Source of the DNA: Dimorphilus gyrociliatus
Taxonomy: Eukaryota > Animalia > Annelida
DNA length: 64,000 bases
Direction: 5' to 3'
Assembly (NCBI GenBank): GCA_904063045.1
Contig: CAJFCJ010000052.1
Coordinates: 28,110 to 92,109, forward strand
A program made the position numbers and the translations under genes. The notes beneath the pieces are model-generated. The model had not been told where the DNA came from. It searched no databases and worked only from the letters and a program-made list of their open reading frames with translations. Of the stretch, positions 14,962 through 26,516 are shown piece by piece. Each line of letters starts with the position of its first letter. Within the stretch, counting starts at the first letter, position 1.

Positions 14962-15749
14962 AATATTGCTCTTTTTTAAAAATACATATGTTTAAAAATT
15001 GAAAGTTTTGTAATATATAATTCACAATTTTTAGGATCAAGTCAAAAATGAGAACCAAAATTCTACCCTTGCAAGAATCTTATTTGATTTTAGAGAGCAG
15101 TTAAAGATTAAAAAAAACATAAAATAATATAGCCATTAATTCTAAATTGTTATCTGTTACATTAAGTGTTGTAATGATGTTTCATGTTTGCGAGAATATT
15201 TGTTACATATGAAATACGAAATTGTTTCTATTAATATTTATTGGGCAGTCCAAAAATTGGCCCACTACCTAGTGTTCAAGAAATTTTTAACCCTGACTTC
15301 TACCTGGAACATGATGCATTGATGAAAGTTGTTGATAAGTTAGGAGAAAAATTGATAGAACAATACACTTAGAGACGCTGCATATACGTGTAACTGCTGT
15401 ACTTTTTTTATCGCAATTGTATTTGTCTTTTCCAATCATTTAGCAATTGCCCAAAGTACTCAAACAAATAGAACCTTTCAAGTTTGTCCTCAAGTAGTCT
15501 TAATAGATTTATAGGTTAATCAACTGTATTATTAAAATTTAAGATGTAAATAACACTATTTGTCTACAATTTGATAGAATTTTTTGCTGTACACTCTACC
15601 TACACATTGCTTATGCGAAACTAGATCAATACTGCTTATCTCTGTCAGTGCATCAGTACTGTGAGCATTGCTAGTGATACTTATCCAATTTACAACCAGC
15701 TGACAAAAATGAGCAGTACTGTCTACAAATCGAAATATATCTATTATCG

Positions 15750-15970
15750 CTCTAGGCAAACCTCAAAGTATATAAATCCTGGCTGTTTCATTCCAATCAT
15801 TTAATCTCAGTGTAATCATTAGAGAAGATAATTTGGAAACAAGCCTCTACTCTTTAACATTGGATACCAATTTGGTAATTTGGCACCCTGCTATTTGAAC
15901 CATCTACTCTGCAATTGAACTTTCATATCGTTACTTGAATGAACCATTTAAATTAAATGTTTTGTTTACA
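15750..15970 (+). mobile_element. Diverged LTR fragment, subfamily B
   Basis: Close match to 5880-6100 (GGCAAACCTCAAAGTATATAAATCCTGGCTGTTTCATTCCAATC...). Confidence 0.8.
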
Positions 15971-16284
15971 ATTGGTGTAGAATTATATAACTGTATTCTA
16001 AAGTAATGCTAGACCTGTTCACTAAGAGGGTTGATTCGGGACTGAATACTTGTTACTATCTATGGCCTGCTTTTATACAATTCCTTATCAGTTGTTTATG
16101 CCTTAGCTGTCAGCAACAAGAGTCTAACCCCAGATAAGGATTGTTCACAACAAACAGGGTCAAGGGTTATCAAATTATGCAATAGTGATGTAAGCAAAAA
16201 GGGAAAATAAGGGCAACAGCAAGAGTTTTAGGAATGGCACCATAATTAGCTAGTAACATCTTGAAGTTTAAGCAGACAGAGCAA

Positions 16285-16410
16285 GACAATAGGGATGGTT
16301 GATAACCTCTGATGGTGTAATTGAAGTCTGGAGGATAGAGAGAAGGTTGAATGCCAAAACTACAGCTCCTTCATTATGGAAGATGTTCTTCCTGACATAG
16401 AAGAGATTGA
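16285..16410 (+). mobile_element. Tc1 transposase fragment related to the 2810-3400 element
   Basis: ATAACCTCTGATGGTGTAATTGAAGTCTGGAGGAT and GGAAGATGTTCTTCCTGACATAGAAGAGAT match the reverse complement of 3160-3250. Confidence 0.7.
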
Positions 16411-17002
16411 GGAAAAAAAAACCTTTGGTAAGTGTATAAATGAAGATGCACTTCCCGAGTTCATTAGTCTATAATCTCCTAATCATAGACTATACTCTAC
16501 TGTAAGATTGGTACTCATTTACTTAATACACGTAGTTGATGATCATATCGTTTGGCTCAATGGCCAACTTTTCTTATTATTACCATTGTAGACGTTACAT
16601 GCTTATATTTAAAATTATAGCTTTCATTCTTTTTCTTTCTCCGTGTTGAGCAAAGATCAATGCAATGGAGGATAGAATGACGACATCTAAAAAATTCAAT
16701 AGTGTCAATTACCAGAATTTCTGTAAAACATGATTGTTCCATTCTTACGGAGTAGGATTCTTTCTAAACTTCTATCATTCTTATTTTTTTAGATTTCCTT
16801 TTAAAGTTGCTTTATATCTAAAGTCTTAATATCATTATGTCATTATTTCTAAGTGTAGATATAGTTTAAAAACTATGCGAAAAAAAGAGATATAAATCAT
16901 GCATGATTTTTTTTATAATGGCTGAAATAGATATTTGAAAAGAAAATTTCACTATTGAAATAGCTTTATTGCTATTATTGAAATTAGTTATACAGATAAA
17001 TC

Positions 17003-17212
17003 GGGGGGGTCGACAGAAAACGTCCACAAATGAGAAATTTCAAGACAAAGATTTGGATTGAGAAATGGTTAGGCAGAAGAAAACAGCAACTGATTTGTAC
17101 TTAGGAGGCTCTCCTCTAAGGGTTAGGGGTAATGGAAAATGTTTGGTACTGCTAAGGGCTGGGTTAGGGTTAGGGTAAAAGCACTCATTTGTGGACGTTT
17201 TCTGTCGTATCC
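17003..17212 (-). mobile_element. MITE family A copy
   Basis: TIRs GGGGTCGACAGAAAACGTCCACAAATGAG / CTCATTTGTGGACGTTTTCTGTCGTATCC; degenerate 9-bp TSD AGATAAATC/AAATAAAGC; internal GGGCTGGGTTAGGGTTAGGG. Confidence 0.9.
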
Positions 17213-17379
17213 AAATAAAGCAATAAAGTTAATAACATTATAACAAATGGCAATAAAAAAGTAAATATAAATTTTTAAATATAGTTCACTTTTTTCTTTT
17301 ATCAATGATTGTCCTTTTATTGTTAATACAAAATATTCAAATACTTTTTCAGTTATCATATTCCAGTGGAATATTAGAA

Positions 17380-17580
17380 AATGGTGGAAAGTATTCCAGG
17401 AAACTAATGATCATATTTAAGGATATTTAAAAGTTTTAATTGGAAAAAATTCTTATCGTGTTAATTATTTATGGAAAAGAAAACAATTTTCAAATGAAAT
17501 ATGTAAATTAATTGGATGCGATCATATTTATTCCGTGATCTACTCAACTGGTAGAAAAATTTTGGGAAAATTTGTCGACC
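17380..17580 (+). pseudogene. Possible SRCR-like exon remnant of the receptor family
   Basis: GYLKVLIGKNSYRVNYLWKRKQFSNEICKLIGC resembles the family's SRCR-like exons (cf. GVLQIYYEDDW...VVCKYFGY). Confidence 0.35.
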
Positions 17581-18729
17581 TAGTTAATATTAATAACAAA
17601 TGCTGTTCAATGTAAGGTTAAATTCTTAAAATTTTAAAAAATATTGAAGAAAACCAATGTTCTCTTAGAAAACAATTTCATAATGAATTGTCAAGAGTTT
17701 TGTCTGAAGGTGCTACCCCATTGATTTTCATTATTAGCCTTTCCATATAAACTTAGACTTATTGATCTAAAACCATTTTGAAGGGTTGATGGAAGGTTAT
17801 AGAAAACTGCTTGGTCATTTTGAATAATAAATATTTTTCCTAGTGAATCTAATTTAGGGTATAAACAAGTATAAATCAGTTAGGCTTATTTTTTTTAGTA
17901 GATCCCTCTTTTTTGTCTATTAACTATAAAAAATTGAAAAGATTTGACCTAGTACCTTTTATAAATACTTGAACAATACTAAATCCAATACTCTTTGTGC
18001 TTGCAATTTAAATAGCTTCAACTTATATTCCGGTTTCTATGTATTTGTCACTATATTCAAAACATTGTTGATGTGTATGCTGTTCCAAATCCAAAAATTT
18101 TTCTAAACCGGAAGTTCACTTTACCTTGACCTTTGTAATAAATTTTGCGATGTGTTGCTTATATTATAAGAAAATGGAAAATTTAATTTAAAATTAAAAC
18201 TTTTAAAAATTGGACTAACCGATTCATAAGACAAAATTTAATTGCCTTTCCATAAATCTTGAAAGATAAATTGTCCAATACAATCATTCTCACTACAAAG
18301 TGCTGACCATTCATAATTTATATTTATTAGACTGCTAAGTAAATCTAAGGCTTGTTGGCATGTAAACTTATCAAGTTGAGATGATGCATTACAATTAGCT
18401 CCATGTTCTAGAAGTGCAATACTAGTTAAATAATCCAAATCATGAATATCTTGTGAAATTTCTCTGAAAACGAGAAAAGAGCAAGGATAGGCTAAATTTG
18501 TGTTTAAAACTAGATTTTTTTGAACTAACCTTTATAGGCATAAATCAATATCGAATTATATCCAGAATAATAAGAATCATATTGAATTGGTATGAAAGAT
18601 ATAGTTTTTAAATTATAATTATAGTTTAATTTTGGCAAAAAACATTCAATTCTCTCTTCTAAATCCAATTCTTAAAAATACGATTGTTCGTTTACAAGAC
18701 TGCATTTATATAGTTAGTTAGGACTTTTG

Positions 18730-18936
18730 GGATGCGACAGAAGACGTCCACAAATGAGTGCTTTTACCCTAACCCTAACCCAGCCCTTAGCTGTGCCTAA
18801 CCTTTTCCATTAGCCCTAACCCTTAGAGGAGACCCTCCTACGTACAAATCAGTTGCTGTTTTCTTCTGCCTAACCATTTCTCAATCCAAACTTTGGTCTT
18901 GAAATTTCTCATTTGTGGACGTTTTCTATCGACCCC
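18730..18936 (+). mobile_element. MITE family A copy with 9-bp TSD (G/A)GACTTTTG
   Basis: GGACTTTTG at 18721-18729 and AGACTTTTG at 18937-18945; TIRs; ACCCTAACCCTAACCCAGCCC inside. Confidence 0.92.
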
Positions 18937-19353
18937 AGACTTTTGACATTTAAATTTAACTATATCTAGATAATCCAAAAATCAGATAATCCCTAATTGT
19001 CAGATCTAAACAAGCATAAATCAGCCTTTTCTATTCATCTACTAAACAATCAAAATATAATGGTCAAATAAGATCTTGTATTGAGTAATACTGACCTATA
19101 TTTTTGACACTAGATTTAGACAAAATATAATTTCATTTGTTGAATTCAACAATTAAGAATTGAAATATTCTAAAAAAAAAGTGTATTATAAGCACTTCAA
19201 ACTTTTCAAGCAACGCTATTGTTAACATTTTCAAAACACAATTGTATTTGGTCTAAAACAGAATTTCTAAAATTTACACGCAGAAAATTTTAATAGAAAT
19301 TTGTTTTAATCTAAATCTTTAAACCTTTGCTATTTCTACTTTTTTTATTTTTA

Positions 19354-20571
19354 TTAATCTAGTTCTAGTTTGTAGTTGTACAATTCGTGATAAACATCCA
19401 TACTTTCTCTAATAGCTTCCTGATAAATTTCCGGAAGATTCATTTCTTGCTCTTTTCCTTTTAGAGTATCTTCAAATTTCTTTGTAGTAATAAGATTTTT
19501 ACGCCACGGATGCCATTGTTTGCTAAAATTAATAAGATTTAAAAAAAGATTGTATTTTCAGATTTTGTCGTAGAATTTTTTTTAATAATATTTATTTTAC
19601 TTGTGAAGCTTTTGAAAACTTTTTGCTGATTCGTCCCATTCCACCATACTATCTTTATAGTCCATTCCGACCTTCTGACAGTACTTTTTGAGTATACCAA
19701 CTGAAATAATTAAATTAGTAAAAAAATAAGAAAATTTTCTATGTAACTTCAAAACACTATTTCTTTACCTGAATTATTGATTAAATCATCGGCTTCAATT
19801 ACTATTGGCTCATGTCCTAGAACTTTAGTAATGTGTTTAAAAAGTTCCATTAATTGTTTAAATCCAACTTCTGTCTTGTTGAAACTAGTCCAATCGGGGT
19901 CCTAAATAGTTATTCATACTAGGATTAATCTTCTATAACTAACTATTTAAAAGAAGAATATAACCTCTCCTTTCGTTATTATACCATGAAGTGATCTGAC
20001 AGTTTTATTTGGATTCCTAATGAGAAATGTGTGTTGAAATCCGTCTGGAATAGCATCGTATCTTCCTCCTAGCTGATAAGCCATATCTTTGATGAAAACG
20101 TATTTCTCTGAAATATGTAAGCATAGTTATATTAAGTAGTTACAAGAAACAGCATACCAGACGGTTCCTCTTCACATAATTCCTTACATTCTTTGAAAGT
20201 ATAACCTTCGTGTGAATTTTCTTCATATCTGCAAAAATATTTGTTGAATAATTTGAATGATTACACCTTAACAACTCAGTTATTTATAGCTAATTAGTAT
20301 TTTTTTACTAAAATGAAAAGAATATGTTAAAAATTTCTGGCATAAATATCAAGATACCTGTCGCTTTGTTTCTCAGATGAATAGTAGTAGCATGAAACAT
20401 ATGGTTCTAGTATAACCTGTTGAAATTGAAAATTAAATAAATCTTAAAATCTATCATTCTAATTAAACTAACTTTTGTATCATGTCTTGCAGCCATTGCT
20501 CTTGCAAATGCTGTTGAACATGATCTGGGTGTTGTCCACAGGAAAATTTTCTTCTTAGTACCTTCCGCCAT
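19354..20571 (-). CDS. Sulfotransferase-like P-loop protein (BCAT-like-2 N-terminal / Sulfotransfer_5 type), about 7 exons, apparently intact
   Basis: Exons read MAEGTKKKIFLWTTPRSCSTAFARAM, VILEPYVSCYYY, YEENSHEGYTFKECK, VFIKDMAY...HTFLIRNP, PIVIEADDLINNS, ILKKYCQKVGMDYKDSMVEWD and WHPWRKNL...KLELD*, joined by short GT-AG introns. Confidence 0.8.
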
Positions 20572-21175
20572 TTCTGCTGAAGTCGTACTGAACACAGCGT
20601 TAGTGTTAAAAATAAACTTGACAATGCAATCTAAGCCATTTTAGAATAATTTATTTAAATTGTATATCCCCTTCGTTGTATTGTATTTTGCAAGACTTTT
20701 TAAGGATCCATGTAATAGGCAACCATTGTTAACAAATCGTTTGATCAATTTACTAAAGTATTCACCAAAAATGGTCTCAATAAATAAAAAGAAAACATGT
20801 TTTCTATTGATTAAGATAGGCGAATTGGACATGTTAAAAAATCAGAACATATGAAACTTAAAAATTTACTTGATATTTTGGGAGCTAACAATGCAACGTT
20901 GAAAATTGGGTCAAAATCTACTCGTTTTTGTCAGTTTACCAAATCAATTTTTGCTCAATACTAATTCATTACTACTTATTTGTATTTAATGATTTATTCC
21001 ATAGGTGGCGAAATGAGGGATATTTGATAGATGGAGTTTTTAGAGCAATTTGACAGGAAAAAATGAATAATAAGAATTACAAATATTTAAATATTAATAT
21101 ATTGATTAAGTAAAAAGAAGCATTATAACAAGAATGATTGACAACAGTGTAACAACATTAAAGAATAAAGGTACT

Positions 21176-22953
21176 TTAAACTGGTGAATAAATGTCAGAA
21201 GCTTTATCAAGTAAGTCCAGGGAGGTAATTGAGGCAATTTCAAATTGTTCCCATAAGCTGAATATTTTGCTTTGAATATTCTGATATGCTTTTCTTTGCT
21301 GTCTACAAATTTTCTTTTCACTCAGTAATTTTTTATATAGCTTTATCAGATCAGCTTCTCTTTTCAGTTCATCTAAAAGCAAATAGAATGCAGTGTTAGA
21401 GCAAAGATTCTTGTTAAGCCTGTGATGCCAGCCTTCAATATCATTATTTGTCCTTATAGCCTCACCATATACAGACCATACCTCTGGTTTATAAAATCCA
21501 TTTATCCATTGTGTCTCAATGTACTCCAATAGAGACTTCATTTCAATAGGACTTATTTCTTTAATAGTCTTAAATGTTGGTTCTATCAGATCAGAGGGCA
21601 GGAATGGTAATGCCATTAATTTCTTCATGATTCTATATTCAGCTTTTTTCTCCTTGTACATCTTACATAATCCTAATTCCTGGAAATAAATAGTATTACT
21701 TGAATCTTTCTGTATATTGCCTGTGTCCAATGAAAAACACACCCTTTAATGTTTGCTTCAGGATAAGTGAATGATGGTGCTTTCCAAATAGCTTTTTCAA
21801 AGTCTACAACAACTTTTTTGGGGCTATGCCCATTTGTTAAATCTTGAGATTTAAGATTATTCAATTTAAAATGCAAAATTATTGTACCTTAAATAATTTC
21901 TTGTAGGCTGTCTTTCTCTGGGATCCCATAAAAGCAAAAGCCATTGGAATTTGTTTTATTTCTCCATTTTTTTTATAAATCCATGAATAGAAAAAAGTTG
22001 ATAAAAAGGGTCTTTCACACATTTAAATGTGCCATCCATAAACCATATTTTGCCTTTAGATAATAATTCAATTTGCTTTGTGGTTGAAAATATTAGTATT
22101 CTATCATTCTCCACGGATGTGGTAGAAAACGGCCATAAATCTATGGTTTTACCCTAACCCTAACCTAGCCCTTGTTTTTGCCTAAACTTTTTCAATGCCA
22201 CTAACCCTTAGATAGGACCCTCCTAAGTACATATCAATAGCTATCCTATTCTCCTAACCATTTCCCAGCCTGAAATCTGACCTTCAAATATTTCATTTAT
22301 GGCTGTTTTCGACCGGTCCCATTCTCCATTTGTATATCCATTTGTAAAAAATCATCAGGAATAAAAGTTTTAGCAGAGTTGAAGTGAATACTTTGATGTT
22401 CAGCTGATCTAAACTTCTTTCTTGTCCAGTTTGCCAGTCTTGTACAATTATCTAGAGATGGAATAACTTCACTAGAACTACAATGCTGACTAACTGTTGC
22501 TGAACATTTATTTCTTTTGTTCCTAACACTGCATATCCAGAATGTTGTCTTGTTTCTTTTTTCTTTAATATTGTAGCAGAAATTGTTGAAAAGTAGCAAA
22601 TCTTTTCCTTTCTGGCTCATTCCCTTTAAGATTTTAAATGAATAACTTTCTTTCTCACAATCTGATTTTGGAGAAACTATAAATGAAACTTCCATCATAT
22701 TATTTTGTTGAGCTGGAAGATCTTCAACTAAAACATTGTTTGATTCCATAATACTGCCATTTGTATCATTTCCACTTGAATTTCCACAATGATTTTCACA
22801 AACAATAGTTTGCTCATTTCTATTATTTGCGGTATGAAAATTTGGTGTTTGACTTATTTCTTCATTAACAGATGCACTAGAAGGCAGCCTTTGCAGTGTA
22901 ACAATGCGTTTCTTCATTGATATGTCACAGCAATTAACAATAATGATAAACAA
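21176..22953 (-). mobile_element. MULE (Mutator-like) transposase with FLYWCH-like N-terminal domain; inactivated by a MITE insertion and frameshifts
   Basis: FLYWCH-like KGKDLLLFNNFCY...FWICSVRNK...CSATV. Catalytic motifs WFMDGTFK, VVVDFEKAI, GCVFHWTQAI, KLMALPFLP and RTNNDIEGWHHRLN. One-base deficit in the A/T run at ~21967-21974. Confidence 0.9.
22115..22320 (+). mobile_element. MITE family B inserted into the MULE transposase, 9-bp TSD ATTCTCCA(C/T)
   Basis: TIRs GGATGTGGTAGAAAACGGCCATAAAT / ATTTATGGCTGTTTTCGACCGGTCCC. Removing it and one TSD restores QMEN-DRILIFSTTK. Confidence 0.92.
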
Positions 22954-23239
22954 AAATAAAGCTAATTTATAAATAAATCATTTCAACACAATATGTGTTT
23001 TCTCCATAATTCCGAAATGAGGTGTGTTTACAAGGAATATAGTAGAAAACACCCATTTATTTAACAATTTTAATTAAAATATTACATAGTTGGGATATTA
23101 ACTAATTGTTATATGTTAAACTATAGGGTGTGTATATTATTTTCCTCTGTATAATAGATGGCTTCAACTCAATACTAACTCACTTCTTTAACATTTTTTA
23201 TTCCTAAAAAGGTTTAGAAAGTTTGTTAACTGTCTGTGC

Positions 23240-24900
23240 TCAACTGTTTCTTTTATAAGACAAAAATAGTTCAAACCAACAGAGATTAGGAGGACATTTA
23301 ATCATCAATTAATATAATCTATTTTTGAAAGATTTTTCAACAAATTTCTAATGCAAATAGATTGATTTTCATTTAGATTGCAATCACTCGGGTTAATTTG
23401 CTTTAATGCATTTGATGATTGAGCTAGTCCATCACAAATTTCTATTAATCAATTTCCCATTTCTCTATTTCCAATGTAAGAAGATTGATAATCAGTTAAT
23501 TTACAATAAGTAAAATTAATTTCTTTTAAACAATTTGATGACTCAGCAAATTTTTATTAATCCATTTCCAATATTGCTATTCCATACTAAATTAATATTT
23601 TCCATTTTAGATCAATTTTTCGGCAGTTTTCCAAAAAGTATGGATTGATATTCAGTTAAATCACATTGAAAAAAGTTAAATTATTTTAAATAATTTGATG
23701 ATTTAGTAAGTCCATTACAAACTTCTATTAATCCATTTCTCATATATTCATTTTGACATAAATTAATATTCTCTATCTTATAACAGTTTTTCAGTACATT
23801 TCCAATATGTTTAGATTGATTTTCATAAAGATTACACTGGCTAATATCCATTTGTTTTAATGTACTTGCTGATTGAACCAGTCCATCACAAATATTCATA
23901 AATCCATTTCTGTGTTCCAGTGTAACTCAATATTTTCAATTTTTTCAATTTTAGAACATTTTTTTAACATTCTCCCAATGTATGAAGATTGATAATCAGT
24001 CAAATTACAACAGTAAAATTAAGTTGTTTTAAACAATTTGATGACTCAGCAAGTCCATTACAAATTTCTATAAATCCATTTCCCATTTCCATATGAATAG
24101 GGGTGAAATCGTACCTGAATGAAGTTTTAACTGTCAATGTGACAAAATTAAGAAATGAAATAATTAATTTATTTGTTTTAACAAATATGTGATATACAAG
24201 TACCAGTTTTTTTCAGGAGAGGACTGGAGAGACCTGAGGAAGTTGATGGCTTTACCTTTTCTACCTGCAGATATTATTACTCCTAGATTTTTAGCTTGAA
24301 GAGTCAGCTGGAAGAAAAGAGAAAATTTTCAGTATAACCAAAAGGATGATCTATTTGTAGATTGATGAATTGAAAAGAGAGGCTGATTTGGTTTTTATTT
24401 TTGAAAAAACTTCTCTCTGAGAAGGAGATTATGATATATCAGAGAAAGAAATATGATGATATAGAGAAGAAAATATTTGAACTCTGGGATGATTATAGGC
24501 TTGGAAGGATATTAGCTGATAAATTATTAATCCAGAATTCTTATATTTATACTCCATAGTTGTTATTATCTATTATGTTATTTAGTTAACATATAGTATA
24601 ATAGCTTTTCAATACATACATTAGCATATTTTTTTTATTTCCATATGTATCAACAGCAACAGTTTTACCTGGTCATAGCAAGAGATTCACCACCAATGGG
24701 TACGATTTCACCCCAGTATGGTTTCACCTGTCACCCTCCATATTTCTACATATATTGATACTTTCCATTTTGGAACAACTCTAGCAAATTTCCAATGCCC
24801 GTTCACTGACTTTCACTTAGATTACAATTTTCTAAATTAATTTGTTTTAAACAATTTGATGACTGAGCAAGTCCATCACAAATCTTTATTGATCCATTTT
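23240..24900 (-). pseudogene. Decayed NLR-type (ribonuclease-inhibitor-like) LRR array, interrupted by a MULE derivative
   Basis: ICDGLVQSASTLKQMDISQCNL...IENINLCQNEYM repeats of the same family as 46703-49750; multiple stops and frameshifts. Confidence 0.8.
24095..24737 (+). mobile_element. Internally deleted MULE element
   Basis: Inverted repeats GGGGTGAAATCGTACC (24100) and GGTACGATTTCACCCC (~24699-24714). Internal KLMALPFLPAD, DELKREADL and KIFELWDDY segments match the C-terminus of the 21176 transposase. TCCATAT occurs on both flanks. Confidence 0.75.
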
Positions 24901-25199
24901 TCATATTTTGTTTGTTATTAAAGTAAAAGAAGCAACAGTGTTTTATGTTTCTTTAAAAATTGCTGATATTTTTATAACCGCAAGAAATAAATTAAAGATT
25001 AAAGGATGGTTATAATCATGGTCTTAATTTCTAATAGTATTTTACAACCATATTTAAATATACTTATGATAATTTAGATATATTAATATGAAATAGGCTC
25101 TCATCAAGGGATTCTTTATATGTTAGTTTTGCCTGGGAAAATGAAAAAAAAATATTTGCATTGTTGACCTTGACCTTAACTATATTCAAATAATCTCAT

Positions 25200-25834
25200 T
25201 GTACAACTTTGGTTATATTTTACATGCTTGAACTCTATTATTTGATGCAACATATACATGTACATCTTAAAACCTACGCAAGAAAATGCTATAACATTGG
25301 CCAAACATAAGTCTGATTAGTCAGCTTGAAGGCTCATCTTTAATTACCAATAAAGGTTTGGCCAAGTTATAATTTAATTAACTTGCCTAGGGTGTCGCCA
25401 AGTTATAATTCAATTAGCCTTCCTAAATGTTGAACCTTGTAACATCCTGTTACTAAACATAAATATGAACTACACATTTCGGCAACTGTAAAGTGATGAT
25501 TGGATGTCAGAGGCAAACCTCAAAGTATATAAATCCTCACTATTCTCATTTGGTATGCAGCTTCCATCTGGACCCAAGGACCAGGGAGAATCATCTGGAA
25601 ACAACCTCCACTGGAACCATCCATCTAATCCTCAACATTAGAAGACAGTTTGGTAATTTGGCAACCTGCTTTTACAAACTATCTACTCTGCTATCGAACT
25701 CTCATATTGTTACTTGCTTAAGTATTATTATTGCGAATAAACCGTTTTAATTTAAACATTTGTTTAAAGGTTCGAGTAGAACCAGTATTGTTATAACTTG
25801 CAAACACATAGATTTTGCCAGCAAGAGCAGTACA
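25200..25834 (+). mobile_element. Complete solo LTR (635 bp, TG...CA) with 4-bp TSD TCAT
   Basis: TCAT|TGTACAAC...GCAGTACA|TCAT; same length as, and near-identical to, the 5' LTR at 58054-58688. Confidence 0.95.
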
Positions 25835-25959
25835 TCATTAGTATATTTTAAATGATTACTGTTAAAGAAAATTCTTGAATTTACAGAAGAAGCAGCTGAA
25901 AGCAGCAACAGCAGCAAATGAGAAAGAAACCAAAAATAATTTCTATTTTTCCTTTTATT

Positions 25960-26516
25960 TTTCAAATATTTACAAAATACATGCTGAACAAAGGTTGATT
26001 GTGAGGAACGTCCCCAAATAGATAAATATGACAATGCCAGACTTCATACCAGTTTGTACACAACAGATTTCATAAGAAATCAGGAATGCTTTATTGTTTA
26101 GAACAGAGATAATAAATGAAATATTTGACGTCTTTATACACTTTAGTTGATTATTTAATATGATATTTATTGCTTTATTGATACTATTATTATGGCTTTA
26201 GCTACTTTTAAATTCTATTCGTACTTTACTTTCAAATAATTAAAATCAGAATTTAAATCCTTATAGTTTCTATTAACGAAAGAAAATCATTCTCTTCTGC
26301 TAGATTTTTCAATGGTAAAAACTTACCACCTAAAACAGCAGATGAAATGAGCATGGCACCTATACGAGAAATTCTTAGATGGTTCCATTCAAACTTTTTC
26401 AAATATTCTATGTAGAAAATTCCATAGGAATAAACAATTGAAGTAGCTATTGATTGAACACTAAACGATGCAGCTACTAAGAACCTTTTAAATATGCCTT
26501 TTTCATCAGCTGCCAT
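25960..26516 (-). pseudogene. SLC16/monocarboxylate-transporter (MFS)-like 5' fragment
   Basis: MAADEKGIFKRFLVAASFSVQSIATSIVYSYGIFYIEYLKKF...IGAMLISSAVLGG resembles TM1-TM2 of MCTs; no complete downstream exons found. Confidence 0.55.

Noticed and set aside
17123-17359. ORFs ending RKRPQMSAFTLTL..VPN.FHYP (also 35401-35607)
   Set aside because: They are read through MITE-A TIR and telomere-like sequence, not genes.
17640-18438. Possible coding remnant (LLEHGANCN, ankyrin-like)
   Set aside because: A single short motif with no consistent exon chain; no product can be assigned.
20900-23150. TIRs of the MULE transposase that might match the MITE ends
   Set aside because: No convincing inverted pair or 9-bp TSD found by eye around 21100 and 23000.
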